A program made the position numbers and the translations under genes. From positions 67,084,001 through 67,148,000 of the forward strand of contig OX597827.1 in NCBI GenBank assembly GCA_951406725.2: DNA of 64,000 nucleotides. Reading direction: 5' to 3'. The notes beneath the pieces are model-generated. The model saw nothing but the letters and a program-made list of their open reading frames with translations. It made no database searches and was not told the origin of the DNA. The DNA is from Octopus vulgaris. Its lineage: Eukaryota. Below, piece by piece: positions 28,882 to 42,258 of the stretch. The stretch's first letter is position 1. Each line of letters starts with the position of its first letter.

Positions 28882-29267
28882 TACTCTTTTACTTGCTTCA
28901 GTCATTTGAGTGCGGTTATGCTGGAGCACCGCCTTTAGTCGAGCAACTCGACCCCGGGACTTATTCTTTGTAAGCCCAGTACTTATTCTATCGGTCTCTT
29001 TTGCCGAACCGCTAGATGACGGGGACATAAACACACCAGCATCGGTTGTCAAGCAATACTAGGAGGACAAACACAGACACGCAAACACACATATACATAT
29101 ATACGACGGGATTCTTTCAGTTTCCGTCTACCAAATCCTCTCACAAGGCTTTGGTCGCCCCGAGGCTATAGTAGAAGACATTTTCCCAAGCTGCCACGCA
29201 GTGGGACTGAACCCGGAACCATGTGGTTGGTAAGCAAGCTACTTACCACACAGCCACTCCTGCGCCT
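28882..29267 (-). mobile_element. SINE family A, full length (~385 bp) with an internal CA/TA microsatellite seed
   Basis: tRNA-like head, CORE-like body, internal (TA)(TG), second body, (AGTAAAAG)-type tail. Confidence 0.92.
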
Positions 29268-29476
29268 ATGTTTAAAATTTAGATTTTCACACATCTTGAA
29301 CAACCATAGTAATACATAAACATATTCACGGTCGCTTACATACATACCTCTATACGCTATGTTCCTCTATCGGAGTCACGAGGAATATATATTCATTCTG
29401 CCGGATGACTTTTGACTAGTCTCGTGGCTTTGCTTCATGTAAAGAGGAGTCGCCTCCCGTCAAACACCCTATATAT

Positions 29477-29778
29477 GTGGAGGTTCAATGGCCCAGTGGT
29501 TAGGGCAGCGGACTCGCGGTCGCAGGATCGCGGTTTCGATTCCCAGACCGGGCGTTGTGAGTGTTTATTGAGCGAAAACACCTAAAAGCTCCACGAGGCT
29601 CCGGCAGGGGGTGGGGATCCCTGCTGTACTCTTTCACCACTCTTTCTCCCACTCTTTCTTCTGTTGGCCTGCTCGCTTAGCCAGCGGGGTTGGCGTCATT
29701 TGAAGGCTAAAACAATACGAAGCGCATTGTGACCAGCGATGTGTAACAACATCTGATGGCCTGGTCGGTCACGGTGAT
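29477..29778 (+). mobile_element. SINE family C, full length, tail type 1
   Basis: A box TGGCCCAGTGG, B-box-like TTTCGATTCC, tail ending GGTCACGGTGATA. Confidence 0.9.
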
Positions 29779-29789
29779 AGATATATAAA

Positions 29790-29827
<38 letters not shown>

Positions 29828-30192
29828 TCTCTATACAAGGACAAACAATTCATGAGAAAAAATATAACTTACAAATCGAATCCGTTGCAGCCCAGATTTC
29901 AATACAGGTAGTTGGGGGTTTTCTCTTCTTGGTAACACGTGCTGAAGAAATTAAGGTAATTTAAATCTATTTATTTATTTATTTATTTATTTTACTCGTC
30001 CATGTGAGTCCGTATACTTAAATGTATATTAAAAGATTTTATTAACCTAATCTGCTTTCGGTTGATTTCTGTAGTTATCATCAGTGTATTTAATTTTGGC
30101 GATTAAAATAAGAGTTTTGACTGTTGTTTCCTACAGGCAGACATACATCATGCCCTTTGATTAATTTTAAATTCATATATATATATATATAT

Positions 30193-30656
30193 ACTAGCTG
30201 TATAGCCCGGCGTTGCTTGGGTTTGTTTTTTAGTTGCGCTTAAAACGGCAGACTTTGATGTCGCGTTAAAAAAGTTTTGACATAGTTTCAATCTTTTTGG
30301 AAACGTAAAAAATTTTCATTATGTACCTTGTTATTCTCTTTAAGTGAACATATATCTGGTTGAAATACACCGATAAATGGCGACTCAGCAGTCAAAATAT
30401 CGTGAAAAATAGGGATTTTCGTAGAAAAGAAGCACCTTTTTTATGTAAATAATTTTTGGTCTTAACCGATTTGAACTTAGTCCGATTTGAACTTAGTCCG
30501 ATTTGAACTTTTTCTGCTACGGAATGAAGAGCAAGCCTTCTTCTATCAGACTCTCAAGTTTGGTCAACTTGCGCCGCAGGGTCTCGGAGGAAATAGTGTT
30601 AGTTGAAGGCTACCAATCAGGCCATACACACACACAGACAAATTCAGCTTTATATG

Positions 30657-30658
<2 letters not shown>
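30193..30658 (-). mobile_element. Non-autonomous Helitron-like element
   Basis: Minus-strand 3' end CCCAAGCAACGCCGGGCTATACAGCTAG-T (hairpin plus CTAG); 5' TATAAAGCTGAATTTGTCTGTGTG. Confidence 0.75.
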
Positions 30659-30711
<53 letters not shown>

Positions 30712-30719
<8 letters not shown>

Positions 30720-31210
30720 ATACATGCATGTATATGTATGTATATACATGCATGTATATGTATGTATATACATGCATGTATTTGGATGTATATACATGCA
30801 TGTATATGGATGTATATAGATGTCTATACATGCATGTATATAGATGTATATACATGCATGTATATGTATGTATATACATACATACATGCATGTATATGTA
30901 TGTATATACATGCATGTATATGTATGTATAGACATGCAGGTATATGTATGTCTATACATGCATGTATATGTATGTCTATACATGCATGTATATGTATGTC
31001 TATACATTAATGTATATGTATGTATATACATGCATGTATATGTATGTATATACATGCATGTACATGTATGTATATACATTTATGTACGTGTATGAATATG
31101 TATGTATATACATGTATGTATATGTATGTATATATACATGTATGTATATATATATATATATGTATGTATATGTATGTATATATATGTATGTATATTTGTA
31201 TATATATATA
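30712..31210. repeat. 24-bp minisatellite (TATACATGCATGTATATGTATGTA)n decaying into (TATG)n
   Basis: Directly visible, about 15 units. Confidence 0.92.
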
Positions 31211-31449
31211 GCTCATACATGAGATAGATATTCTCCGTATAGAATACACTTAGTAATGACCAAGAGAAGTAAACTTGAGCAGGTATAGAAGTAAAATTAT
31301 GGAGAAGAAAGTGAGAATATCAATATATAAAGTATATTGCATGCATGAAATACAAAGAATGTATATATGTATACATATAAAAAAAAGGACTACATACACA
31401 GAGTACAAATGTTATAAAGGATTGAAGGGTATTACGAAAAGTATTACAG

Positions 31450-31543
31450 ATCCGACAACTGCTTGTGGGGGCTCCGTGGTCAATGATAATATTAGATGAT
31501 TGATTCCATCGTAAGATGTGATAAGCCCCCATCTTCAGGGAAT
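31450..31543 (-). ncRNA. Decayed type I hammerhead with a long loop II
   Basis: Minus strand ATTCC-CTGAAGA-TGGGGGCT-(~50 nt)-AGCCCCCA-CAAG-CAGTTG-TC-GGAT: 8-bp stem II, near-palindromic stem III, GUC site; GAAA mutated to CAAG. Confidence 0.5.
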
Positions 31544-31643
31544 ACATCTTACATTTGAGATGCTAAAAGGAAGATGGATTCGTAATACTTTTACTCAAAC
31601 CCTTTCATTTTCTGTATCATTTGTATTCTGAGGCGAACATTTA

Positions 31644-32026
31644 TCTCTCTCTATATAAACGGCAGTTTGTCTGTGCGTTTTCTGTGTGTCTGTTTTCTCG
31701 TACCCTCACTCTGACCACGGCTTTCAACCGATTCTGATGAAACTTGACACACACATAGCCCAATGTCATAATTCAAAACTAACGGAGCGAAAATTTTGAA
31801 AAGTTCCCCCAGTTCTGAAAAACATCGATAAATTCGACATGGGGTCGAGAATCAGAAACCCAAACCACAGACCGTCTAGAGGACGCAACTCCACCTTTTT
31901 TAACTCAAAAAAAAATTTACCATCATTTTTTTCCCATTTTTTTGCTATTTTTTGGCTATAACTCTCTAAAAATGCTTTATAGTTATTTTCCTTACAAACC
32001 TGAGCAACGCCGGGCGATACTGCTAG
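31644..32026 (+). mobile_element. Non-autonomous Helitron-like element
   Basis: Begins TC after A; ends CCTGAGCAACGCCGGGCGATACTGCTAG before T (A|T insertion, no TSD); 3' end shared with the 30193 element. Confidence 0.8.
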
Positions 32027-32327
32027 TATATATATATATATATACATATATACATTCATTGTATTTCATGTATATAATACATGAAATACTTTATATATTG
32101 TTCTGCGTTACTTGCTCATCAAGACATCTATTTGCATAAATATACGTTTGTATACACAAGCACATGCGCATGCGCACACATATAACAACAGATGTATAAC
32201 GTGTCGATTCATTACAGCTATTTCCAACGAATTCTTTATTCATTTATAGAGACATTATATCATTAGAAGAAACCGTTTTCATCAGTTAATTGCATAAACC
32301 ACAACATACATCTACTTATGTATGTAC

Positions 32328-32394
<67 letters not shown>

Positions 32395-32407
<13 letters not shown>

Positions 32408-32433
32408 ATATATATGTATTAATTATTTCCTTT

Positions 32434-32473
<40 letters not shown>

Positions 32474-32565
32474 TTGTATATATATGTATTAATTATTTCC
32501 TTTACACACACACACATATATATATATATATACATTTGTATATATATGTATTAATTATTTCCTTT

Positions 32566-32620
<55 letters not shown>

Positions 32621-32648
32621 TGTATATATATTTATTAATTATTTCCTT

Positions 32649-32685
<37 letters not shown>

Positions 32686-32713
32686 TTGTATATGCGTATT
32701 AATTATTTCCTTT

Positions 32714-32745
<32 letters not shown>
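32395..32745. repeat. ~60-70-bp minisatellite (TTTGTATATATATGTATTAATTATTTCCTTTACAC plus variable TA), 5 units
   Basis: Directly visible. Confidence 0.9.
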
Positions 32746-32749
<4 letters not shown>

Positions 32750-32871
32750 CATATATGTATATACATATGTATATATAAAGACATATATACATCTGAATGT
32801 ATATACGTAAATATATATATTTGTATGTGTATATATATGTTTGTGTATATATATATATATATGTATTTGTT

Positions 32872-32902
<31 letters not shown>

Positions 32903-33377
32903 GTGTGTATGTGATTGCAATCTTTATGAATATACATCCAAAATGGCATCTATGCTGTTACAACACCATTTTAACAGTTATGTCTCATTTGAATTGAATT
33001 TCATATAAAATAGGCAATAATTGCAAATATAATACGGGAAAAAATTATCGTCCATTATTTCTCTTCCTAATGTAATATCATCTATTCACATCTCAAATTG
33101 TTTTGAATATTGAAGAAAATTACTGAAATCTCTTGCACATTGTCATCAAGTACGGAGAGACCTCTTGAGAAAATAGCGTTGGCATGTATTAACAGGAGAA
33201 TATTCGTACAAGTGATTCATTACAACAAATTTCATCAGTAAACATATCAGCATCTGTAGCTTTGTTATTTGGTAGCGGTCTTTGAAAAACAAAATTTACA
33301 ACTTTTTTAAAATCAGAATTCGAGGTTTAAAATTTTTTTATTCAAGAATCAGTTCTTTGGGAAAGTGAAATACCATC

Positions 33378-33796
33378 TTTTACTCCTTTACTTGTTTCAG
33401 TCATTTGACTGCGGCCATGCTGGAGCACCGCCTTTAGTCGAGCAAATCAACCCCAGGACTTATTCTTTGTAAGCCTATTACTTATCCTATCGGTCTCTTT
33501 TGCCGAACCGCTAAGTTACAGGGACGTAAACACACCAGCATCGGTTGTCGAGTGATGTTGGGGGGGGACAAACACAGACACACAAACATACACACTCACA
33601 CAAACACACACGCACACATATACATATATACTACGGGCTTTTTTCAGTTTTCCCTCTACTAAATCCACTCACAAGTCTTTGGTCGGCCCGAGGCTATAGT
33701 AGAAGACACTTGCCCAAGGTGCCACGCAGTGGGACTCAACCCGGAACCATGTTGTTGGTAAGCAAGCTACTTACCACATAGTTACTACTGTGCCTA
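33378..33796 (-). mobile_element. SINE family A, full length
   Basis: Homologous to 28882-29267; flanked by ~80-bp direct repeats at 33266-33348 and 33797-33877. Confidence 0.9.
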
Positions 33797-34965
33797 TATT
33801 TGGTAGCGCCTTTGAAAAACAAAATTGACAACTTTGTTAAAATCAGAATTCGAGGTTTTAAATTTGTTATTCAAGAAACACATGGTTTTATTCTAGAAAC
33901 AGCATCGTTTTACTATTATCATAAAAGTGAAATTCTCTCATCTGCAACCCCTGTATCTTAGTCTAAATTCGCTTTATATAAACATATTGCATATTTTTGG
34001 AATAAGAATGACCAAGGATAGAAAATTTGCCCTTCATTTTGTTCTTAATCATCCTCCATTGAGATCTGGTTGAAAAACAGTTAGGTTGCTAATTCTAGCA
34101 AATAAATCTTCGCTGAATGGCGCCGTTGCGGTTGGCGTTTTGTCAGATGACGTCGGATAAAGGAGAAATAAATTAAATTCGCTTCTTTAATTTTACGTCG
34201 AAATAAGAACTTTGGGACCAGTTGGCCTACAGTTGGAATAGAGAATTTAACAAGAGAATGGTTGCATTACAGAATTAATTTTCATACTTACGATCAAACA
34301 CCATCGGGGGAATATAATCATTATAGATGCATTAGAGTCATGCTATCTAGCTCACGTTACATTTGGGGCGTAAGAGCAATTAGCCCTCCGCAGGAGTCAG
34401 TCAAAAAGTCTTCACGATGTGCAACTTTTAATCTAGTTTTTTTTTTAAGCTAGCTCTTAAGTTGATAGCTGTGATCTGAGAGAATTGTTTGCACGCCGGG
34501 CAAAATCCTTTACTATATTTCGCCCGTTTTTACGTGCTGAGCTCAAATTCCGCGGATTTCGATTTTACATTTCGAGGTCGATGAAAGAATTACTTGCCCA
34601 GCACTCCTCGTAACTTCTGCCTTTCTGCCAAAATTTGACTTCGTGCTCATCAAGAACATTACGATCGTTCTCGTCAACTTTCACCGTCATCACAACCTAA
34701 GTTCCTTTCACCATTCGGCCACATCATTGTCGAAGTTGTTCTCGTCGTCTAGTCGCAGTCATAATCAAGGGCGTCGTCGTCATCATCATCATCATTCTTA
34801 CAGTCCCCATTGCTTTCATAGTTAACCAATAATGCAAGATTTTATCACATTTTTGTTCATCTATTTTCATCTATTATCTGCATTCGGCTAGAAGCTATCG
34901 TTGGTAATGGGTGCTGTTATGAGTGAATGTATGCACACATTTATGCATGTAATTCTATACTTACT

Positions 34966-35029
<64 letters not shown>

Positions 35030-35100
35030 GATAGATAGATACATAGATACTTAGATACGTATGTAAGTGAATATATGTGTGTCTGAGTGAGTAAGAATGT

Positions 35101-35315
35101 TAGTTAATTTTTGGACTCAAAAAGCAAAAAGCAAGGCCATGTAGGGGGACATGGAGTTATGTACCGGGTGGTGTTCATGTAAAGAGTTCAGGCCACTTGT
35201 GGTCAAGGGAGACTTTGAACCGAGCGGTCGTCGGCATCTTCACTATCTCGTCCGGCAGCTTATTCCACTGATCCGCAACTCGGACGGAGAAAGCGCCTCT
35301 CCTTCGATTGAGATG
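35101..35315 (-). mobile_element. CR1/L2-clade LINE 3' end
   Basis: Minus strand HLNRRRGAFSVRVADQWNKLPDEIVKMPTTARFKVSLDHKWPELFT* (35315-35175), matching the FS.RV...WN.LP motif, followed by a short 3' UTR. Confidence 0.85.
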
Positions 35316-35561
35316 AATGTATATGTGTATGTGTCTGTATATCTGCGTGTGTAATTCTTACAGTGTTAGAGGTATATGCATGCGTAGACGGTATAAGTGC
35401 GTGTCTGCGGAGGTGTCTCCATACACAAGCAGTCACACAAATAAAGATGCAGTCGTATACACAACAAATGTTCATCATATGAATGTGAACTACGGGCAAT
35501 ACAAGTTATTCGTGGTTACTCGTTGGGTGCTTTTATTGAAACACTGGAACGTCTCGTAAGT

Positions 35562-35631
<70 letters not shown>

Positions 35632-35872
35632 TACATATATACAATATACATATATATGTAATTATGTGTACATGTATAAGAATACAAAAATGCGACAGGT
35701 GACAACAAAACTGTCAGAGAGTTGGATGATAAATAAAGGTACATGATAAAAAAGAGGACGGGTCATTTGGAGATTTCTTTCGTCAGTCGAGTTCCAGATT
35801 ATCTCAGCAGTTTCAGCTGGTTAAAATTCGATGTGTATACATACATACATACATGCACACACACACACACAC

Positions 35873-35972
<100 letters not shown>

Positions 35973-36159
35973 TATTGCATTATATAAAAGGGCTTAGTAA
36001 AATAAATTACTTCGCCGCATACTGAACTCATTAGAAATAGCAGCTAAAAAACTTTTTAAAGCTATTTCTAATACTTAAAGAAAATCTCTCTCATATATAG
36101 CGTTTGCTTAATTCAACTCACAAAAGTTTGGGGGTAAGGACATTAAAAAATCAAATGCT

Positions 36160-36230
36160 AAGGTTATTTGAGTACGTACGTTTCAAGATTAGTCAAAACA
36201 ACATTTCTCTCTTCAGCTCAGAAATTCCTT
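36160..36230 (-). ncRNA. Minimal type I hammerhead ribozyme (mirror copy)
   Basis: Exact reverse complement of 37028-37098. Confidence 0.8.
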
Positions 36231-37027
36231 GGTTTGGATTTGGAAACACTGAAAGTAAGAACATACCCTTTCGAAGATCCGCTCTTAACTACCAGTGCCA
36301 ACAAACCCAAAATAAGCAAGTGAATCATTTCTGTTCTCCCCTTTCCACCAGCGTGGGTTAAAATCATCAAACGCTATGCTTATTTCGGTAAAATCCGAAG
36401 CATTAATTAGAGGGAGATTAATTATAATTTCAACAATTGAGGGTAAAATTAATTAATTATTAATCAATTTCACCAAGTGTTCAGTATGCAAAGGGACCAT
36501 TTAAGGCGAATTCAAATTATTACATTATATAAAAGGGCTTAGTAAAATAAATTACTTCGCCGCATACTGAACTCATTAGAAATAGCAGCTAAAAAACTTT
36601 TTTAAAGCTATTTCTAATACTTAAAGAAGTTTCTTTAAGTATTAGAAATAGCTTTAAAAAAGTTTTTTAGCTGCTATTTCTAATGAGTTCAGTATGCGGC
36701 GAAGTAATTTATTTTACTAAGCCCTTTTATATAATGTAATAATTTGAATTCGCCTTAAATGGTCCCTTTGCATACTGAACACTTGGTGAAATTGATTAAT
36801 AATTAATTAATTTTACCCTCAATTGTTGAAATTATAATTAATCTCCTCTAATTAATGCTTCGGATTTTACCGAAATAAGCATAGCGTTTGATGATTTTAA
36901 CCCACGCTGGTGGAAAGGGGAGAACAGAAATGATTCACTTGCTTATTTTGGGTTTGTTGGCACTGGTAGTTAAGAGCGGATCTTCGAAAGGGTATGTTCT
37001 TACTTTCAGTGTTTCCAAATCCAAACC

Positions 37028-37098
37028 AAGGAATTTCTGAGCTGAAGAGAGAAATGTTGTTTTGACTAATCTTGAAACGTACGTACTCAAATAACCTT
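37028..37098 (+). ncRNA. Minimal type I hammerhead ribozyme
   Basis: TGAG(37038)-CTGAAGA(37042-48)-GAGA..TCTT stem II-GAAA(37074-77)-C-GTAC-GTA-CTCA; palindromic stem III ACGTACGT; GUA cleavage after 37085; extended stem I AAGG/CCTT and ATT/AAT. Confidence 0.8.
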
Positions 37099-37390
37099 AG
37101 CATTTGATTTTTTAATGTCCTTACCCCCAAACTTTTGTGAGTTGAATTAAGCAAACGCTATATATGAGAGAGATTTTTTTTAAGTATTAGAAATAGCTTT
37201 AAAAAAGTTTTTTTAGCTGCTATTTCTAATGAGTTCAGTATGCGGCGAAGTAATTTATTTTACTAAGCCCTTTTATATAATGTAATAATTTGAATTCGCC
37301 TTAAATGGTCCCTTTGCATACTGAACACTTGGTGAAATTGATTAATAATTAATTAATTTTACCCTCAATTGTTGAAATATATATATATAT

Positions 37391-37599
37391 ATATGTATAT
37401 ATGAATGTATGTATATACATATATATATATGTATGCAAGTATTCAATTATGTAAGTATGTATGTATGTGTGCGTGTGGTTGTATATACCCTTGTCTGTAC
37501 ACATTTATCTCCATATATGTTCTTGTGTGCCTTTGCGTCTGTGGAGGGTGTATCAACATACATATATACATGCATACATGAACATACATTCACTCATAT

Positions 37600-37691
<92 letters not shown>

Positions 37692-37889
37692 GAATGTATG
37701 TATATACATATATATATATGTATGCAAGTATTCAATTATGTAAGTATGTATGTATGTGTGCGTGTGGTTGTATATACCCTTGTCTGTACACATTTATCTC
37801 CATATATGTTCTTGTGTGCCTTTGCGTCTGTGGAGGGTGTATCAACATACATATATACATGCATACATGAACATACATTTACTCATATT

Positions 37890-37900
<11 letters not shown>
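37391..37900. repeat. Near-identical tandem duplication (period 289 bp) separated by (TA)n
   Basis: 37391-37610 vs 37680-37899; one substitution seen. Confidence 0.9.
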
Positions 37901-37963
<63 letters not shown>

Positions 37964-38323
37964 AACCTATGTATATATATATCTATACACACTGACACAC
38001 ACACATACCACACATATATATTACACACCTATACATATAAGCAGTCTGGCCATGTAAATCTTAATTCACATTATAACATTTTAGAATGCGTGATTTTTTA
38101 AAATTAAATCCATCTCTAAGCTTAGCTGCGTTCGTTAATGACTGGCTAAGAGATTTTTCGTTTCTCTTCGTCATTTCTTTTCCTTAATTTTCTTCGTGTT
38201 TTTCCTCTGGTAACTTCGGTGCAGTCATTTCCTTTCCATGCCAGTTTTTCTCTTAGCTAATACAAGAATCAATTACTTGGTGGTATTACCTGATGTTGCT
38301 GCTGATGATGACGATGATATAAC

Positions 38324-38377
<54 letters not shown>

Positions 38378-38639
38378 GATAATAATGATATAATGATGAT
38401 GATGATGATAATGCAAGAAAAAAAAACGATTTTCTTCTGTAAATTTTTTCTTTTCATTCGAGTCTCACATCGAATCTATGGTAAAGTAATTTTCTTTCCT
38501 TCTGCGCTTTTATAAATCTGCCGTACCCATACACATATCTACATACACACATACATGCTTACACACACAAACACGCACACCAAGACACGCTCACACGAAC
38601 ACACATATACATAAAACACCACACACACATCACGCACCC

Positions 38640-38742
38640 ATATATATACAAATAAATATATATATGTATGTATGTATGTATGTGTGTGTATGTATATATG
38701 TATGTATATATATATATATATGTATGTATATATATATGTATG

Positions 38743-38774
<32 letters not shown>

Positions 38775-38900
38775 TATATATATATATATATGTATGTATA
38801 TATATATATGTATGTGTGTATATATATGTATGTATGTATATATATGTATGTATGTATCTATATATGTATGTATATATATATGTATTTATATATATATATG

Positions 38901-38939
<39 letters not shown>

Positions 38940-38958
38940 ATATATACATATATATATG

Positions 38959-38999
<41 letters not shown>

Positions 39000-39025
39000 G
39001 TATTTATGTATCTATGTATTTATGT
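38640..39025. repeat. (TA)n/(TATG)n tract
   Basis: Directly visible. Confidence 0.93.
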
Positions 39026-40104
39026 AGTATTTAGATTTTGTTTCCATTGTGATATAAAACCCTTTAAGTGCTGGAAGAAGAAAGAAAAGTGCGTTATCCA
39101 GCCGTCATGTATTACTTATAATAAACATTTATTCAAGAACAACACTGTAAATTACTTTGTAGATTTAAAGACGCTGGCGTGACCACCCGCTTGTGCTGCT
39201 ACCCTTTAGATGAATCACGGCTACTTGTAAAATTGAGACTATTACATCTTTTCCCTAACAAAGAAGCTCTATATATATATCCTTCTATAATGTACTAAAT
39301 ATTTAATATTTACATCACTAAAGGATTTCAAAGTAACGCATGGTAACTTGAAGAGTAATGCTATGGATCGACCAAACGGCAGGAGAAGAATCCAAGAAGG
39401 TGCTGTCACGTTTGATGATGATAAGCATAAACATGCTCTGGTTAAAAGAGAAGCAAGTGTTGTATGTGGTCAATTACCGTTCTCTTCTAACTTGTCTCCT
39501 TGAAGCTGGTCGAGTTAGTTATAAGTGCAGGCAATTCTTTAGTAACACTACTGAATTTTCTAAGTTACAATCTGATGAGTTATCTTGCTCTGTTAGCAAT
39601 GAGATATGCAGACGTATATCGGGTTGAGAAGGCACAGAGAGTATTACAATACAGCGGCATCAATGATTTTCATGGCTTCTCTTTGAAAAAAACCTATAAA
39701 TCTCTTGCTGGACTAAAGATTCATTCCCTGTCACGTAACACACCGGGAATGAAATAATTTTCTAACTGTAAATATTCTGCTCCTTCTTACTTGCGAGATT
39801 GCGTGGTGTTAGCTTTTAAGTGTTGAGTAGAGCCACATTCAATTACCAAATAGACAGCCATTAAACAGGATTCGAATAATCCTATCAGGTGGTGCTATTA
39901 AGTTAGACATGGCCTGGACCAATCTTTGATCGAAACATACCTAAGTTTATCTAAGTTTATATATATATATATATATATGTTTCTATCTGAAGAATTATAA
40001 ACCCAATATTTACACACAGCCATTTAAACTTTATCTCTTTCGACATACCCACTTCTAAAAAATAACTTCACCTTCTCGAATTTTCCAAACTACTTAAAAC
40101 ATCT

Positions 40105-40152
<48 letters not shown>

Positions 40153-41465
40153 CTTAGGACACCAAACATAGAATAGTATATAACGTGCGTTCTTAAATTC
40201 GTAAAATTATCGTCAAAAACTTTAGGTTTTAATAAGTTTTAAAGGACTTTTACCTAATAATCCAAGACTAATTTTCTAAAATAGTTTATCTGTATGCCAG
40301 TATTTTCGAAAAATATGAATCGTATCAACTGTTTGCTTTGTTGATAACTTTTGTTAATATCTGCAGAACATGCATATAATAATACTCTATACAATGGTCG
40401 GATATATTATTATACGGTATACTAAAGTTCATAAATTCCAATACGATTTTGTGATTAACGAAAAACCTTTTCTTCAGTATCCATATGTATTTGCAAAGAG
40501 ATGAGGCATTCTTTTCAATTTGGAGGAGCAAATACTCACTTAAATCGCGCCTCTTGAATTCACCTTTACGCTATCAATATGTAATGTTTTTATATCTATA
40601 AGTCTATTACTCGAGTTTATAAGATAGTGCTTGTAGATTGATGATATATCCTAAACTAATCAACAAAATTTAATGTGACTAAAATTTTCAGAGGGTGCTC
40701 GTTTGAAATATGCTCTTTTATTATTTTGAGTATGGCACATATTAAGTGCTAGTATTGTAAAACAGGCCATTAAATTTATCCCAAACTCTTTTAGAATGTA
40801 CGGCTTTGTGCCAAATTGAAAGAAATCAATAATTTCTCGTTAATATTTTAAACTTGCAAGCATTAAGTATGTTTCCAACAATAATTTAACAATTATATAT
40901 TTTTATGTGTGCATATGGTCTTTCTGAGATATTTATCGTTTAAACAATCGTATACGTCTAGGCCAACCTGCTTAATACCTTTAACTTTTCAATTTATGTT
41001 AGCACCAATATACGTCAGAAGTTGTCTCAAGTGTTTAGAAAAATATTTAAAATACATTTCGACATTGAATTACACGGTTTTATTTTCCTCATCACAAGTT
41101 AAATAGATTTTTATGTCTCATTAGTGCTCAAATTAGTTTAACTAGTATTTATCTGTAGTCTTGTTAATGTCAGAACCGGTCATCAAACAGCTTTCAGTAT
41201 TTAGCCAGATATTTACATTCCGATTTAAAACGCTTCCAGTGTTGGTTTCGTTCATCGTTCTTCATCTTTCAAGTAAAATACAGACAAGCAATGCACGCTT
41301 GTTTCTTTCAATTAATTTACATGATCTCATGTTAATTTTAAACATTAGTCTCTAATTAATGTATCTACTCAATTTCACTCGTTTGATTGCTTAGAATCAA
41401 AAGCAAATATTCGTGAGTGGTAATACATACATAGAAATTTCTCTCTCTCTCTCTCTCTCTCACTT

Positions 41466-41509
<44 letters not shown>

Positions 41510-41550
41510 GACAGATAGATAGATAAATAGATAGTTAGATATTCTTTTTC

Positions 41551-41840
41551 TCGCCCTTTTCAAGCCTAGCCAGGCTCATGGGCCGGGTTTCCCGGTTTCT
41601 ATGGCGTATGTGTCCCCACTAGATGGACGGGACACCAGTCCATCGCAGCGTTACTCAAGAAACAGGAGGAAAGAGTGAGAGAAAGTTGTGGCGAAATAGT
41701 ACAACAGGGGTCGCCACCAACCCCTGTCGGGGTCTCGTGGATCTTAAGGTGTTTTCCCTCAATAAACACACACAACAACCAGTCCGGAGTTGAAACCACG
41801 ATCCCCTGACTGCAAGTCCGCTTCCCTAACCACTGAGCCA
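41551..41840 (-). mobile_element. SINE family C, tail type 2
   Basis: Homologous to 4709-5000. Confidence 0.85.
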
Positions 41841-42203
41841 TATATATACATATATATACGTACACACACGTAGATATACATATACATACACACACGCGTG
41901 CACACGAGTAGACACACGCACTCTCTCACACGCACATAATGCAGACACATACACACACACGCAAACACACACACCTTCATGCACATATAGATATATATAT
42001 AAATATACATCACGTACAAAATAAACTCCACACCCTCCGGAATTGTCAAAAAAATGCTTCAACTTTCGTCCATTTGAATAAGATAATTTTAAAAAACTAA
42101 TGCCTACACACGTACTTGTATATCATGAGCGAAATGAATAGTCACAATAACATAAAGTAGATTAAATGTCAGATGTTTTGATACGAGATTTCTCGACCTC
42201 CTG

Positions 42204-42255
<52 letters not shown>

Positions 42256-42258
<3 letters not shown>

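Noticed and set aside
29477-29555. tRNA gene
   Set aside because: A and B boxes are present, but the cloverleaf is imperfect and continues into a multi-copy SINE body
36104-37154. Twin identical 85-aa ORFs (MLNSTHKSLG...)
   Set aside because: A by-product of the palindrome: TTG start, antisense to the ribozyme, no recognisable domain
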